Source: Botryllus schlosseri (Eukaryota). From it: a stretch of DNA of 64,000 nucleotides. This document shows, piece by piece, positions 45,718 to 57,830 of this stretch. Where the stretch lies: the NCBI GenBank assembly GCA_051294905.1, contig CM119372.1, positions 9,178,001 to 9,242,000 of the forward strand. Reading direction: 5' to 3'. The first letter of the stretch is position 1. The number at the start of each line of letters is the position of its first letter. The notes beneath the pieces are model-generated. The model made no database searches. It was not told where the DNA came from and saw nothing but the letters and a program-made list of their open reading frames with translations. Made by a program: the position numbers and the translations under genes.

Positions 45718-48524
45718 ATGGAGTTGCAGGGTATTGAATTGAGCTCGCCACTGCTAGTGAGTTTGATCATTGGAGCATTTTCGATTATATACATGGCCAT
45801 TTCCTACTTGAGCAATAGCTCTAGTGATGATAAGGAAGAGAATGAACAGCAAACAAGTAAGTAATATATGAGTGACAGACCTAAAACCTCTCTTTTCTTT
45901 CAAGCAGTGCTGGTGTTGCGTTTTAGACGCGTTCATAAAGAGTATAAAATATTAATGCAATTCACAGACCCTGCAGAAATTGACAAGAAAAACAATGGCA
46001 AGTCAAAAAAAATTGCTCACGGAAATTTCAAAGCTTCTAAAAAGGTTTTCACTCACGATCGCCTGCTTACAACATTGAAGGTAGCGTTGATTAACAAGTT
46101 TGGATATGATATTAACAGTTAATTTCCTGTCTGTTTTTTTTTCTAGGGTCATGGAGGAAATGTGCTAGGCCTGAATTTCAGTATCAACGGCAAATACTTG
46201 GTCAGCACATCTGACGATCGGACTCTGCGCTTTTGGAGCGTGAAGGAATTTGGGTCCGGGAATAAATGTGTGAGGGTGAACGTGGAGCTGGATCATGCAA
46301 AACATGTCCAGTTTAGCCCTGATTCCAGGCAAGTCATATAACATCACTGAACAGATCAAGTCCTGTGAATGGAATCACTGCTAATGATCTTTGTTTGTCC
46401 AACTAAGTTGTTTATTTTGTATCAAAATTATTTGAAGGCCAATTCATATATCAATTGTGTGCAGGGCTATTATCGCGGGCTTGGCACGAGCGAATACAAT
46501 CCGGGTCTTCAAACTGTCAAAAAGCGAAGGGGTGTTTGCATGCACACCGTTAGAGAAAGATTTTAAAGGAAATCACAAGTAACTAAAATTAGTAAACATT
46601 ACCAAAATTAAATTAGTATACTAACGTTATGCTGTCAGGCAAGAACTCCTCAGCATTGGCATCGGGACCACCGCCGAGGGAGGATCTTTTATTATGACGT
46701 CATACAAAGACACGTCAATCACTGTGTATGATTTGAGAGGTGAAGTGCTCAACAATATCAACACCAATTTAGGACAAAATTACTTTGCTGCTGTATCCCC
46801 TTGCGGGCGGTAAGTTATATATTTAGTGTTGAAAACTATTTTTTAAATTACTTATGTTTTCGTCCAGATTTATTGCTGCTTCCGGTTGGGCACCTGATGT
46901 GAAGGTTTGGGAGGTGGCATTTACCAGGACTGGCGACTTCAAACAAGTGAATCGTGCTTTTGATCTCAAAGGCCACAATGCATCCGTATGGTCTTTTGCT
47001 TTCAACAATGACTCTTCAAGGTATACATTACAGTGTTGGGATCAACTCACTACCTTCGAGTCATGAGTCATCTCGAGTCATTGCACAACATTTTGACTCG
47101 AGTCTAGTCAATCGATTTTCAAAGGTGACCCGAGTCAAGTAACAATTCCAGTCAAATTGAATTTTCGAACTATCAGTGACGATTCAGAGTCATTACATTT
47201 TGCTAGCTGTGTGAAAGACGGAATAATTGGCCATATATCTTGAATCAAATAGAAAGGTAAAAAAGGCGTATCGCTCACGCACACGTAGAACTGCAAAAAG
47301 AATATGTGAGTAACTGCATAGCTACACGCTACAGTCTGTTATTATCAGCCAAAAGGATCGAATACGAAGCCTCGAGAAGTTGTAACAAATTGATATGTTA
47401 CAATACACTACCCATCTACACATCCGTGAGAAAATGAACGCATAAACTATATTTGCTCGATTTAAGTCATACAAGAGGGTCGGTAAAGATGATCACTGCT
47501 CAATGTAAGCACTGGGCTGTCTAAGAAACGGAGAAAAGTTGCTATGAGATTAATCTGCTACTACGACAACGTAAGCTGTGATAATTTCGTCATGGTCAAT
47601 TTATTTTTTGAAGTAACAATGGAGGATCACTGAATGACTGGTTACTCTCACAAGTGACATAGGCGTATCGCGAACATATACAAAATACAGTGACTTCATA
47701 GATACCGTTTACTTGATGACTTGAAAATTTTGCTCCGAGTCATGAGTCAATCCGCATTTTTGAAGCGCAAAGTCAAGTCATCTTTGCAAAGTGACTCGAG
47801 TCAAGTCAAGTTATACAAAAATTTGACTTGAGCCATCCCAACACTGATACATCAACACTTGACACCATTCTACACACATCAATTCTTTTATCATCTCTTT
47901 GTGTAGGATGCTCACCGTTTCAAAAGATGGAATGTGGAGGTATTTTGACACTCGAGTAGAGTACCAGAAAGGACAAGAGCCATGTCTAGAGAATTCCGGA
48001 GAGCTGGAAGTGGCCGGTCGTCCATTTTCTGACGATTTTTGCCACTGTGCCTTGTCGCCAGACGGGAAGGTCGGGGCTGTTGCAATGTTCAATAACATAA
48101 TGTTATTTTCAACTCGGACGGGTAATGTATATAGGTTAGCTTCACAGTTTCCAGATTCACTTCTATTGACGTCTCTCAGGTGAAAAAAGCGATGAATTCG
48201 AGGGCGTACATACCGAGTATGTGTCTGCCCTGATGTTTGATATCAGCGGCCGATACCTATCGTCATCAGGAGACAGGTGACGCAGGCAATTAGCCAATTT
48301 GATTAACTCTTCTAAACTACGTTTGTGAAAAAATATTCAGGCACATCCAGGTATTCCACAACACTCTGGGTTACACGGAAACCATCACTGAACTTGAAGC
48401 GAAAATCAAGGTGCTGCCTCAATCGGTCAATAAGGAACGCTTGAAAGCTCGTTCTAAAGAGTTGAAAGCCAGCCTAGAGAAAATAGAAGCTGGCAAAGCG
48501 GATAAGGACAAGAAGACCGAATAA
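45718..48524 (+). CDS. TBL2: Transducin beta-like protein 2 (ER membrane WD40 protein), 9 exons
   Basis: N-terminal TM (LLVSLIIGAFSIIYMAISYL) and WD40 repeats LKGHGGNV...SINGKYLVSTSDDRTLRFW, NVELDHA, FIAASGWAPDVKVWEV, RAFDLKGH. Approximate exons: 45718-45856, 45968-46080, 46147-46328, 46465-46578, 46639-46809, 46869-47020, 47908-48121, 48180-48276, 48341-48524. Confidence 0.92.
47031..47846 (+). mobile_element. hAT-type MITE, family D, in TBL2 intron 6
   Basis: CAGTGTTGGGAT...ATCCCAACACTG; TSD ATACATTA/ATACATCA. Confidence 0.9.
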
Positions 48525-49240
48525 AACATATCACTGCTATTTTAGGGAAGCTTCACTTTTATTTATTTTGGATACTTTGCAATAAACGTATGAAGCAATT
48601 AACCGTTTAGTCAGGATGCATGGGTACCCACTGAGTACCTATTTGAGAAAAAATCGATTCTTCACATTACATTTTATGGTGAGTTATTGCAATTTGATCA
48701 GTCAGAAGTACCAACGTCACAGATTTGTCAGGAAAGTATCATTTGGATAGGTACACACACAGTCACTTCACTGTTTCAAACATTGCAGCAATATTTATCG
48801 CCATTAGTCACTAGTTACGAAGACGCATCTCACAAGTATAAAACTGTCACTAGCAGAGCAGCTAAGAAATGTCTACCAACGGCTCATCCCAAACTACTTA
48901 TTTCAGCACCTCTCAGATCCTTCACAATATTGTGTATTGGAGTAATATCATTGATCCAGTGCGCGAATACAAACATGCGTATTTATTAGCTCGAGAGGAT
49001 CCTTAAATTATAAAACACTGCATATGGAGCGACCCCTCTTCCCATAGATCGATCTCCCCATTACATCATACGGAATGCCTTCGGAACAACATCATCGATA
49101 CGCTATCGATCAGCTAAAAGTTGATAACGACAAACACACAGATAGTCGACTGGCATCTAGCCAATCTGATTTACGGAAATCTGAAATCGATCAAAAGACC
49201 GGCAGTAATCTCTTTGCCATCCCTATCACCCGCTATACTT

Positions 49241-52200
49241 TCATGATGCGCTTTCCGAAAGATTGGCATCTGTTTCTTTGCTTGTAACACATTCTTTGTG
49301 GTCGTCACACTTGTTATCAAGCGAATCTTGTTCGTCTTCATGATCACTACCCTCGTTAGTCGACTTCGATTCTACTTTTGGCACATCCAACTCTTTAGCA
49401 ACAACATCTTTTTCATTCCCTTTCACGTCCGACGTGGAGTCTGCGTTACTGTCATCTTGGTTCGCTGACGGATAGTCATCATCGTTTCGAGTTATTTCGC
49501 CGCGCACAATGGCAGCCGCCAGCTCTTGCTCCTTCTTCAGCCGTCTCAATCTCTTCCTCTCTTTCTTTTCGGCTTTCCTCTCCAGTTTCCGTAGCGACTT
49601 TTCTATCTCTCTCTCCCGCTCTTCTCTTAATAGTCTCTCCTTTTCGCGGGCCTCCTCCATCTCCTTTTTCGTTCTGCGCTTTCGTTTCGGTTTCGGCGTG
49701 CCGTCCGGGTTTAGTGTGGGCGCGCGGGGAAGTTGACGCTTCCTCGGGCCCGGCCTGCGTCCGGCGCCTTTCTTGGCGAAGTCCGGGTCGGACCGCGTGC
49801 ATTGCGGACACATCCATAAACCTGGTTGTGGAAATTCGAAAATAAAAACACAAAACAAGACCGTCATAACTCATAATAATCAGTCAAAATCAGATTGATA
49901 AAGATGATATAGATCCGGAGGTAGTCAAACTAAAGCTGCTACTCTTTAAAGTAATTAGCGCTGCTACTCAAGTAGAAGTAGCAATTTCAAGGACATCATG
50001 TGGGAGTAGAAAATGAAAGGTTATAAAATGTAATCAAGTTGGTAGTTTCAAAAAGTATATTTGGCCGCGGTTTCACGTACATTTCGCAGTTGATCGATGG
50101 TGGTGGATACTTTGGAAATTGTGCAATGCACCTGGGCAACTAATGGAAGGAGTAATGAAGCTACAAACAAGTAAGATCTCATAAATCTGTGCAGCAGTTA
50201 CTGCGATGGCTATTTCAAGTGATGATTTCACGCATTGAAGAGATGCAGCCTTATTCCAAACCTACTTTCCACTTCTGTCAAGTAGAAGTGGAAGTAGTAT
50301 GAAAATATAACCACTTAGATCACTGGTTCTCAACCTTTTTGTCTTCGCGGACCCCTTTCGGACCGTCACGGACCCTCACTGAGTTTTAGTTCAAATTTAA
50401 TTCAATCATCGTGCAATCGTCATCTGTCTTGTGAAAATGATAACTGTAGGCCTGGTCATAAACAGCAGCAAAACGGCTTGTCTTGTAAATACGACCATAC
50501 AATTCATGTTGGAATTGGGTTGACTTCTATTATTTTAAAGTAAATTCAGCAACTGCATTTCTTGAAATATGTGATCGTGTCTTGAAAATCTGTGCCTTCC
50601 ATTCGATATGAACGATACCAAAATCCATTTCCACAAATATAGGTGGTGGCGAGTGTACTAATGAAGGATAACGCTTACGACGACATATTTGGGTATGATC
50701 GCAACAAATATGGCACCAAAATTGACAAGCAAATTTTTTAATGGACATATGACATCAAGCCTGGACATTTCTATCTAGCAGCTTATCTTGAAGTTATTGT
50801 GGAAAAAAGGGTTATGTATATCACAGGAGAAAATGCATTTTGTAACAATTTCGAAATCATCACGATTGACCTCACTCATCCAACTTTTTTTTCCACAATC
50901 CCCAACAAAACATCTCTATTCAGCAAAATGATTGTGTTTCGGCTATTGGCAAATTAGCAATAAAATGAGTCTGCGCAGTACGATATTATCTCAGGCGGCC
51001 ATTCTGTTGATGTGAGCTCCGGAGTTTTACTAGTAATGAAGCGAAACAGCCTCGTGATTTTCCGAATTTAGGAAAATGCAATTTTGATGTTAAACTATTT
51101 TGAGGCGGCGCGGACCCCCGGTTGAGAACCACTGACTCAGATGTTGCAAGTACGCAGACCTACACGAATCTTTCGAAAAAGTGGTACGCGGTTGCTGACC
51201 ACCTCTGTCAATATCCAATCGTCAACAACCTCGAAAAGTAAAATATAATTCAATTACAGTTAAACAAAGTTGACACAAAACTTGGGCTCGCGGTTATTTT
51301 TCTTGCAAGAGAAGGAACAAAATAATTAAAGTGTCTTCACTCATGTATTTTCCTCGCCTCCTATAGGCTCGTCACTAGACTCCTTGACTTGGATCACAAA
51401 ACACAAAAAAATGAGGCTGCTTCGGAAACTCAAAACAGCGTTTAAAAACGCAAATAAGTAGTACCTGACGGTAAGTTGCGCAGGCCGACGCAAAACGTGT
51501 GATACCCCCGATCGCATCTGTCGCAGAACATCATCTTGTCCTCGTGGTGCGGCTTGTTGCAATAAGTGCAGGTCTTACATTCGAGGCACTGCCAGTTGTA
51601 GGTCACAATCACCGACACCAGCTCTTTGCTCATGTCCAAGCAAGACGGATGACCTGAAAAAATGTGACTTAGCGCAACGAATCCCGCAAATATGAAAAGG
51701 TTGCGGAAAACGTATTGTAATCGCACTGCTACTACTCTGAAGATGCCACTGTGATGCAGGGCTTCTCAATTGTACCGATAACAGTCCACTAACCGACTAG
51801 TAGTGGCTTAGCCGAGGAAATGTGACCTACTCAGATTTACGGATCAAATCTCACCAGTTATCAAGCAAGAAATACTGCACTTGGTTTCGTTGCAAAGCTA
51901 CCATGACTACGATATTGATACCACAATAGTGGGCATTTATCGAGTTTTAGTCAACTCAGTTAAGTCACGGTTGACTAATAACACAAAACCACAGAAAAAA
52001 TCCGCTAAATCTTGACTGCTGAGTATTACTATTGACTCTACTCAATTAAGTGACTCTTCAGATATGTAGACTATAGGTACAGTATCTGTCTACGGGTTTT
52101 CGCTACACCAACACAAACGACACAAAAACCCATCTTACCGTAATTATCACACTGCGAGCAGCTGATTAGATCCTCCGGCTCTCCCTTCTTATTTGACGTT

Positions 52201-55200
52201 TCATCGTGAAGACAAATCCCACACATTGGTTTATCAGGATCCTATTGTAATAAAAACAGGATCTACAGTCGATTGAGAATAGGGAAATGACAAAAATAGT
52301 AATCATTTATCAATAGAATTGACCGTAGAGCGGAAAGGAATGATATACGATAATTGTTGCAATAGCGAATGTTCGCACCTCGATGTAGTTTTGCATCAGT
52401 TCTTCTTTAGTAGGAGCAGAGTTGCTGGCCTGTTCCGAACCTGCCACACTCTGATCTTTGTTGGAAATAGTATCAGTGGAATTTGAGCTTTCTTCGTTGA
52501 TTTCCGATTCTTCGATTTTGGATGGACTCGAGCTTCGAGTCACTTCCTCGTGGCTTTCTGAACCAAAGGATTGAATGTAATGACGCCTGGGCAATGCTAA
52601 TTGGGTATGCACACTCTTAGAACAGTCTCAATACGAGAATTCAAAGACCATCAAGCTACAAGACTACAAGCGTGCAAGCCAAGGTTGTAATGACTCGACT
52701 TGAGTCACGATTTTCTGATGACTTGACTTGACTCGAGTCATTTTCCCAAAATACGGAAATGATTAGAGTTAATCTATGTTCTGTGTATCGACTCGACTTG
52801 GACTCGAGTCATTGCGCACGACTCGAGTTTCAGACGGCCATGTTGACATTTCATTGTTATTTCGAAGAATAGTAAAGTAACCACGTTGTTGGTATTTCGG
52901 CTATTGGTACTGGTACTTGAAAATGGGACCATAACCGGTTGAAAGTGATGAAAGTTGGTATATTCTAAATGCGAACCATTTGATATCACCAAATGGAGTT
53001 ATAAAAAGTGGTTTCAACAATACTTCAACTCGAAACTGACTTGGAATCGGACTAGAGTCATAATACCACAACTCGGACTCGACCCTCTGCTCGCTGACTT
53101 GGACTCGTACTCGACTCGGTGGCGAATTACAAATGAATGGACTTGTCTCGAGTCAACACTATAGAGGTTAGATTGACTTGAGACTTGGTTACAACCCTGG
53201 AACAAGCCTACATCAAAATGCTCAGCTATGTGCGATAATTCTGCAACAATTACGTAATGGCTCGTAATCCGCAATTTCCGAATCAAACCTAGATTTTGGA
53301 AAACAAATTTTGCATAAGTTACCTTTCTCCGTACTCTCTTCACGGTCCTGCTCATTTACAGGGTATCGCTCTGATTTGCTTGCAATTGCGTCAGTCTCCA
53401 TCACCTCCTCTTCTTCCTAAATACAATCATGACTTGAATTTTTAATGTCACATGACGTTTGTAAAGTAATTGAATAGACGTAGAAGGAAATGCCATGAAC
53501 ACAGAAAATATTTGTTCAATTTCAATTGTAAATGAAGTCATATGAATGCATTGCATACCGATTCACTTTCAGAGCCGGAATATTGCATCAATTCACTGAT
53601 TTCGTCGGGAGTTGGCGCAGGCGGGCCGTGAATCGCTGTATTGAGAGGGAAATACCCCAGTTCATCCGAAGTATACCTGTACGACAGTAATTAAGGCATT
53701 GAAAATAACAAAATACTGGTGAGAGTAGCATTTTTGAAGTACCACACACTGCACTCACACATTGTATTCAGCTGGTAACACATTTCAACAGAAAATGGTT
53801 TCCTACACCAACCAACTCACTTTTGGCAGTACTCCTGAAATTGACCAGGTATGAGAGAGCATGGATAGAGACTTGGTCTTGTGAGGTCCGGGTGGAGCTT
53901 TTTACGTCTGATTTTAGGCAGTTGAAGAACCTGGAAGAACCGTTGAATCGAGGAATAGCGTTCCTACAATCATCATTGTCTGTTACATTTTGAAACCTAC
54001 GTTGGTCTGCATATCGTAATAAACGGCGTATTCCTCTTTCCGACGTCGGTTGAGTCTGGCGTTGAAATCGGAAACCTGCTTCATAGCCTTCTTCATGTAG
54101 TTTGGCAATTGCGATTTTTCGACCGATGGCTAGATTGTTAAGTATGCACCGTGTTAAATGACATTCACCAAATTGAAAGCCGGGCTCCAAAGCCTTGTGA
54201 TGCCAAATTATTGGTCTAGATTAGATATCCCTGGCATTGCTCGACAAATGAAAGTGAAATAGCTTAGAAATTCCTATATTTTCAAAATCAGGGACATGCT
54301 AGGAAAACAAATTTCATAGTCACACACAAATCTAAAGATAGTGAAATGCCCAGCATTTGGGGTTTAGGTCCCTATAATAGTGGAATAGCAAAATGTATCC
54401 AGGCGTTGGTCAATAGAATTACCGTGATCAACATTAAATGATTTGATAGATGAAGAGTTTCCTGGAGGTACAGAACATCAATCTCTAATTGGATGATATA
54501 TTCGTATTGAAATAAACCTGAATATTTTGATTGATATAGTAAAAATATCGACAGGTTAGAAGCTGCGTACTCACTGCAGTATATTGCTGATGTCTCCCTC
54601 TAATATTCTCTTTCTTTTTTTCATCTTGTGCAGCAAGGTATTCGTTGAATTTTTCCGGATACTCTCTCATCATCAAATCCCAAACATCTCGGCTTTTAAC
54701 AGCTGTCAAACCTAATAAAAACATTGCGCGAAATACATTATTACTTTCACACAGCACAAAGGGATATTCAAATTAAAATATTAGGTATTGAAAACAAATC
54801 TCAGGTATAATACAATCTACGTATAATTATATCTTCTAACAAAAACAACGACCACTGACCAGCCTACTTACCGAGAGTTACTTGTACTTCACTGACAAGC
54901 ATTTTCAACATCAGATGATTGAGTTCTTGTGGTCCAAGTTTATGACGATCGATATCTATCATTGCAGAATAGGTGCATGTCAATAAGAATCACATCATTC
55001 CCAGCATAAAATAGCTTGTGTCGCTGACCCAGAGTGGAATTGGTAGCAATGTCACGCCAAATTTTCGGTTTAATTACCTAAATAATTCTAAGCAAGAAAC
55101 CCCTATGGAATCTCGGTTCATTTTCAGAAATAAATCCTGTGTGACGAGAGCGTTTCTGCATAGAATAATCAGGTTATTAAACAGAGAGTTCTGTTTTACG

Positions 55201-57054
55201 TTGCCCCCAAATCCACTCTGTCACGCGCAACTAATTGCTGACAACGGTTGCCAGTGAACTCGGCCCTCGGTTACTTCGGCCTCACACACTCGGCCCTCGG
55301 TGAATTCGGCCCTCGGGAAATTTTGTATTAAAGCGTATTAACAACTATTAATATGAATTATTAGGCTAAACTAATTATATTATTATCAAGTGATTTGTCA
55401 ATATTGTACGGAGGTCAGGGCATGCGTAGATCACGCAGTCACGGCGTGATAAGATCACGTGATCACGGATTGCGTAAGCGCGGGAGAGAACGCGACGCTC
55501 ACATATTAACCACGCGTGGTCTGCTCGTTATTGCAACTGTAGGTTGGGGTGAGGTATTAGGGTTGGTGGTGGGTTAGGGTCAAAGTTTGGGTCAAGGTAT
55601 CCCAAGATTAGGGTTAGGGGAGGAGGGACATAAGGGTTGGGGGAGGGGGATATTAGGGTTGGAGGAGGGGGATATTAGGGTTGGTGGTGGGTTAGGGTCC
55701 AAGTTAGGGTTATGGTATCCCAAGATTAGGGTGCCCTGACATGAATATCCCCCAACCATAATATCTAGGGTTACCATATTTTGGAAGTCAGAAAAGAGGA
55801 CCATATTTTCATTTATATTTTCGGAATCAGTGCGACAGTAGCTTTTGATCAAGACCAGATTCAGTAAATTCTGACCTCTGGAAGATAACTTTTGAATTGC
55901 CAGAAATTCTAGTCGCTGCCGCAAAATTATTCCGAATACAGCCTCAGCGAAGCGGAACGAAGCTGCAAAATCGGTCATTGACTTTCCATGTTTTTTACAT
56001 TCGATTTATTCCAGTAACCAATCATGGTGAACCAGTAGTGTGCGTGGTGCAGTCTTCGATATCAGGCTCTCGCACTGCGAGATCTACCACAGCACGTAAT
56101 TCTCCCCTATCTGAGATTGACCAATCACTTGATAATAATAATATTAGTAGTTTAATAATTCATATTAATAGTTGTTAATACACTTTATTACAAAATTTCC
56201 CGATGGCCGAGTTTGTGAGGCCGAATTCACCAAGGGTAGAGTTCACTGGTAATCCTGACAACAACTACTGTTTCGAGTCTGGTCGTTGGCAATGTAGTAG
56301 ACAAAAACAACAATAAAGGGTGCATACTAATGTACGAGTATGTGCCGCAGTATCTCTATCGTATACTACACTGTAACATGATGACTTGGAAGGGCCGAGC
56401 TAGGGGTGCACGTCAAAGCAAACAGCATATCTCACAATAATCACTGAAAATTTGAATAAATTTGTACCTGGATATTTCCTCTTAAATGAGGTGACACCAA
56501 GGAAACTACTGATCTGCTCTTGTATCATGTAATATTCCGAAGAAGTGCTTTCAATTGGCCATTGATATTCAATGAGATTGGATGCTGATATTGAAGAAAA
56601 CCTGCAAGGTAAAGGTAAAAATTAAAATATCTTTCTCATAAAGACTGTCTTGAAAACACTAGAATACTTACAAGCTGCCTTGTTTTAGAATTGGGTCTAT
56701 GCTCCTTGATGATGTTACACTCTGTATAGACGACCGAGAGTCTTCATTTGCTTGCAATATATCACTATTGGAAATTGACTTAAATTCGGCTCTTGCTACC
56801 GCGTTATCATCGGCCGATTTGGAATCGGACTCTTTTTTCAGATCTGGAGTTGCTTCCTCCTGCTCCTGATGTGTATCGTCTTCTGTTATCGGCATAGTGT
56901 CCATCTCTACCGGTGCGTCATTGCAATTATCATTATCACCAGATGCTTCTGGAATAGTAGCTTCAGCATGATCTTGTACAAGCGATGGCGGGTCTTCTGT
57001 CAATTTATCCTCAGACACATTGTTTTCGGTAGTACCTTCATCAACTTCCGACAT
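49241..57054 (-). CDS. PHF10: PHD finger protein 10 (BAF45A, PBAF subunit), ~12 exons
   Basis: SAY-domain peptides ([65 protein letters not shown]) and tandem PHD fingers (CGICL...[19 protein letters not shown]...WQCLECKTC...[18 protein letters not shown]...WMCPQC). Confidence 0.93.
50321..51134. mobile_element. hAT (Charlie-like) element nested in a family B element in the last PHF10 intron
   Basis: CACTGGTTCTCAACC...GGTTGAGAACCACTG; TSD ACTTAGAT/ACTCAGAT; minus-strand remnant [10 protein letters not shown] of hAT transposase. Confidence 0.88.
52680..53199 (-). mobile_element. hAT-type MITE, family A (reverse orientation)
   Basis: CAAGGTTGTAA...TTACAACCCTG; TSD GTGCAAGC/GAACAAGC. Confidence 0.85.
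55030..55220. mobile_element. Short MITE (CAGAGTGGA termini), related to sequence at 28105-28225
   Basis: CAGAGTGGAATTGG...CCAAATCCACTCTG; internal sequence repeated at 28105-28225. Confidence 0.6.
55246..56254. mobile_element. Second GGTTGCCAG-family element with a G-rich TTAGGG-like tract, in PHF10 intron 2
   Basis: GGTTGCCAGTGAACTC...GAGTTCACTGGTAATC; perfect TSD CTGACAAC; TTAGGGTT-rich tract at ~55540-55735; family E terminus inside at ~55766. Confidence 0.85.
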
Positions 57055-57830
57055 TGTACGGAGTGCAAGAGCCAAAATTAAACGTAAACAAACCACAAAA
57101 ATACAACAAAACCAGTTCGCACAAAGCCTATGGTGACTGCAGCAAAAATGCAAATCGTTGATATCCGCGCTTCGGCATTATCTATAAAAGACACACCCGG
57201 ATAGGTGAGAATTTACTGACGGTTTTTGTTGATATTGACCTGCTTTTCCGGAAAAGGTGGCCGTAGATCCGTTTTTCGCCTAATATTATACATATTTAAG
57301 AATGAAAATATAGCTATAACTCACATTATATTCCCAATCTTGTTATAGGCCCGAGTAGAGTCCGGGTCTGCTGTATTCCATTTCCTCTAGTAGTGTTGCA
57401 ACAACTCACATGAAACGGTCGTATCGATCCTGAAGATGTGGTACCCTTGGTGATTGCTAATATAAGTTTGACATCAATTGCCGGTGTTAGTTTGAAATAT
57501 TAATACGTATAATATCACATTTGCTTGATGTTTTACAGTAGGAATCTGTCAATGGTATGTATCATTGGAATCAGCTGATCAAAATTAGCTACGCACTTCA
57601 TAGTGTTTCTGTTTACCTCCCTAGCTCAGTGAAGTGGAAATTTTTTACACTGTTCGCTACCGGTAACGATATTTAATGCAGCTATGAACAACGCAATGGA
57701 TGTGTGAGGATGCATTGAGATATTTACTACTTTCAAACACTTACTTGATCTCTAGCAGCATAATTTGATCACTCAGAACTCGATAAAAGGAGATTTTGCG
57801 AAAAGCATATATATCAAGCGAGTCACCGAT

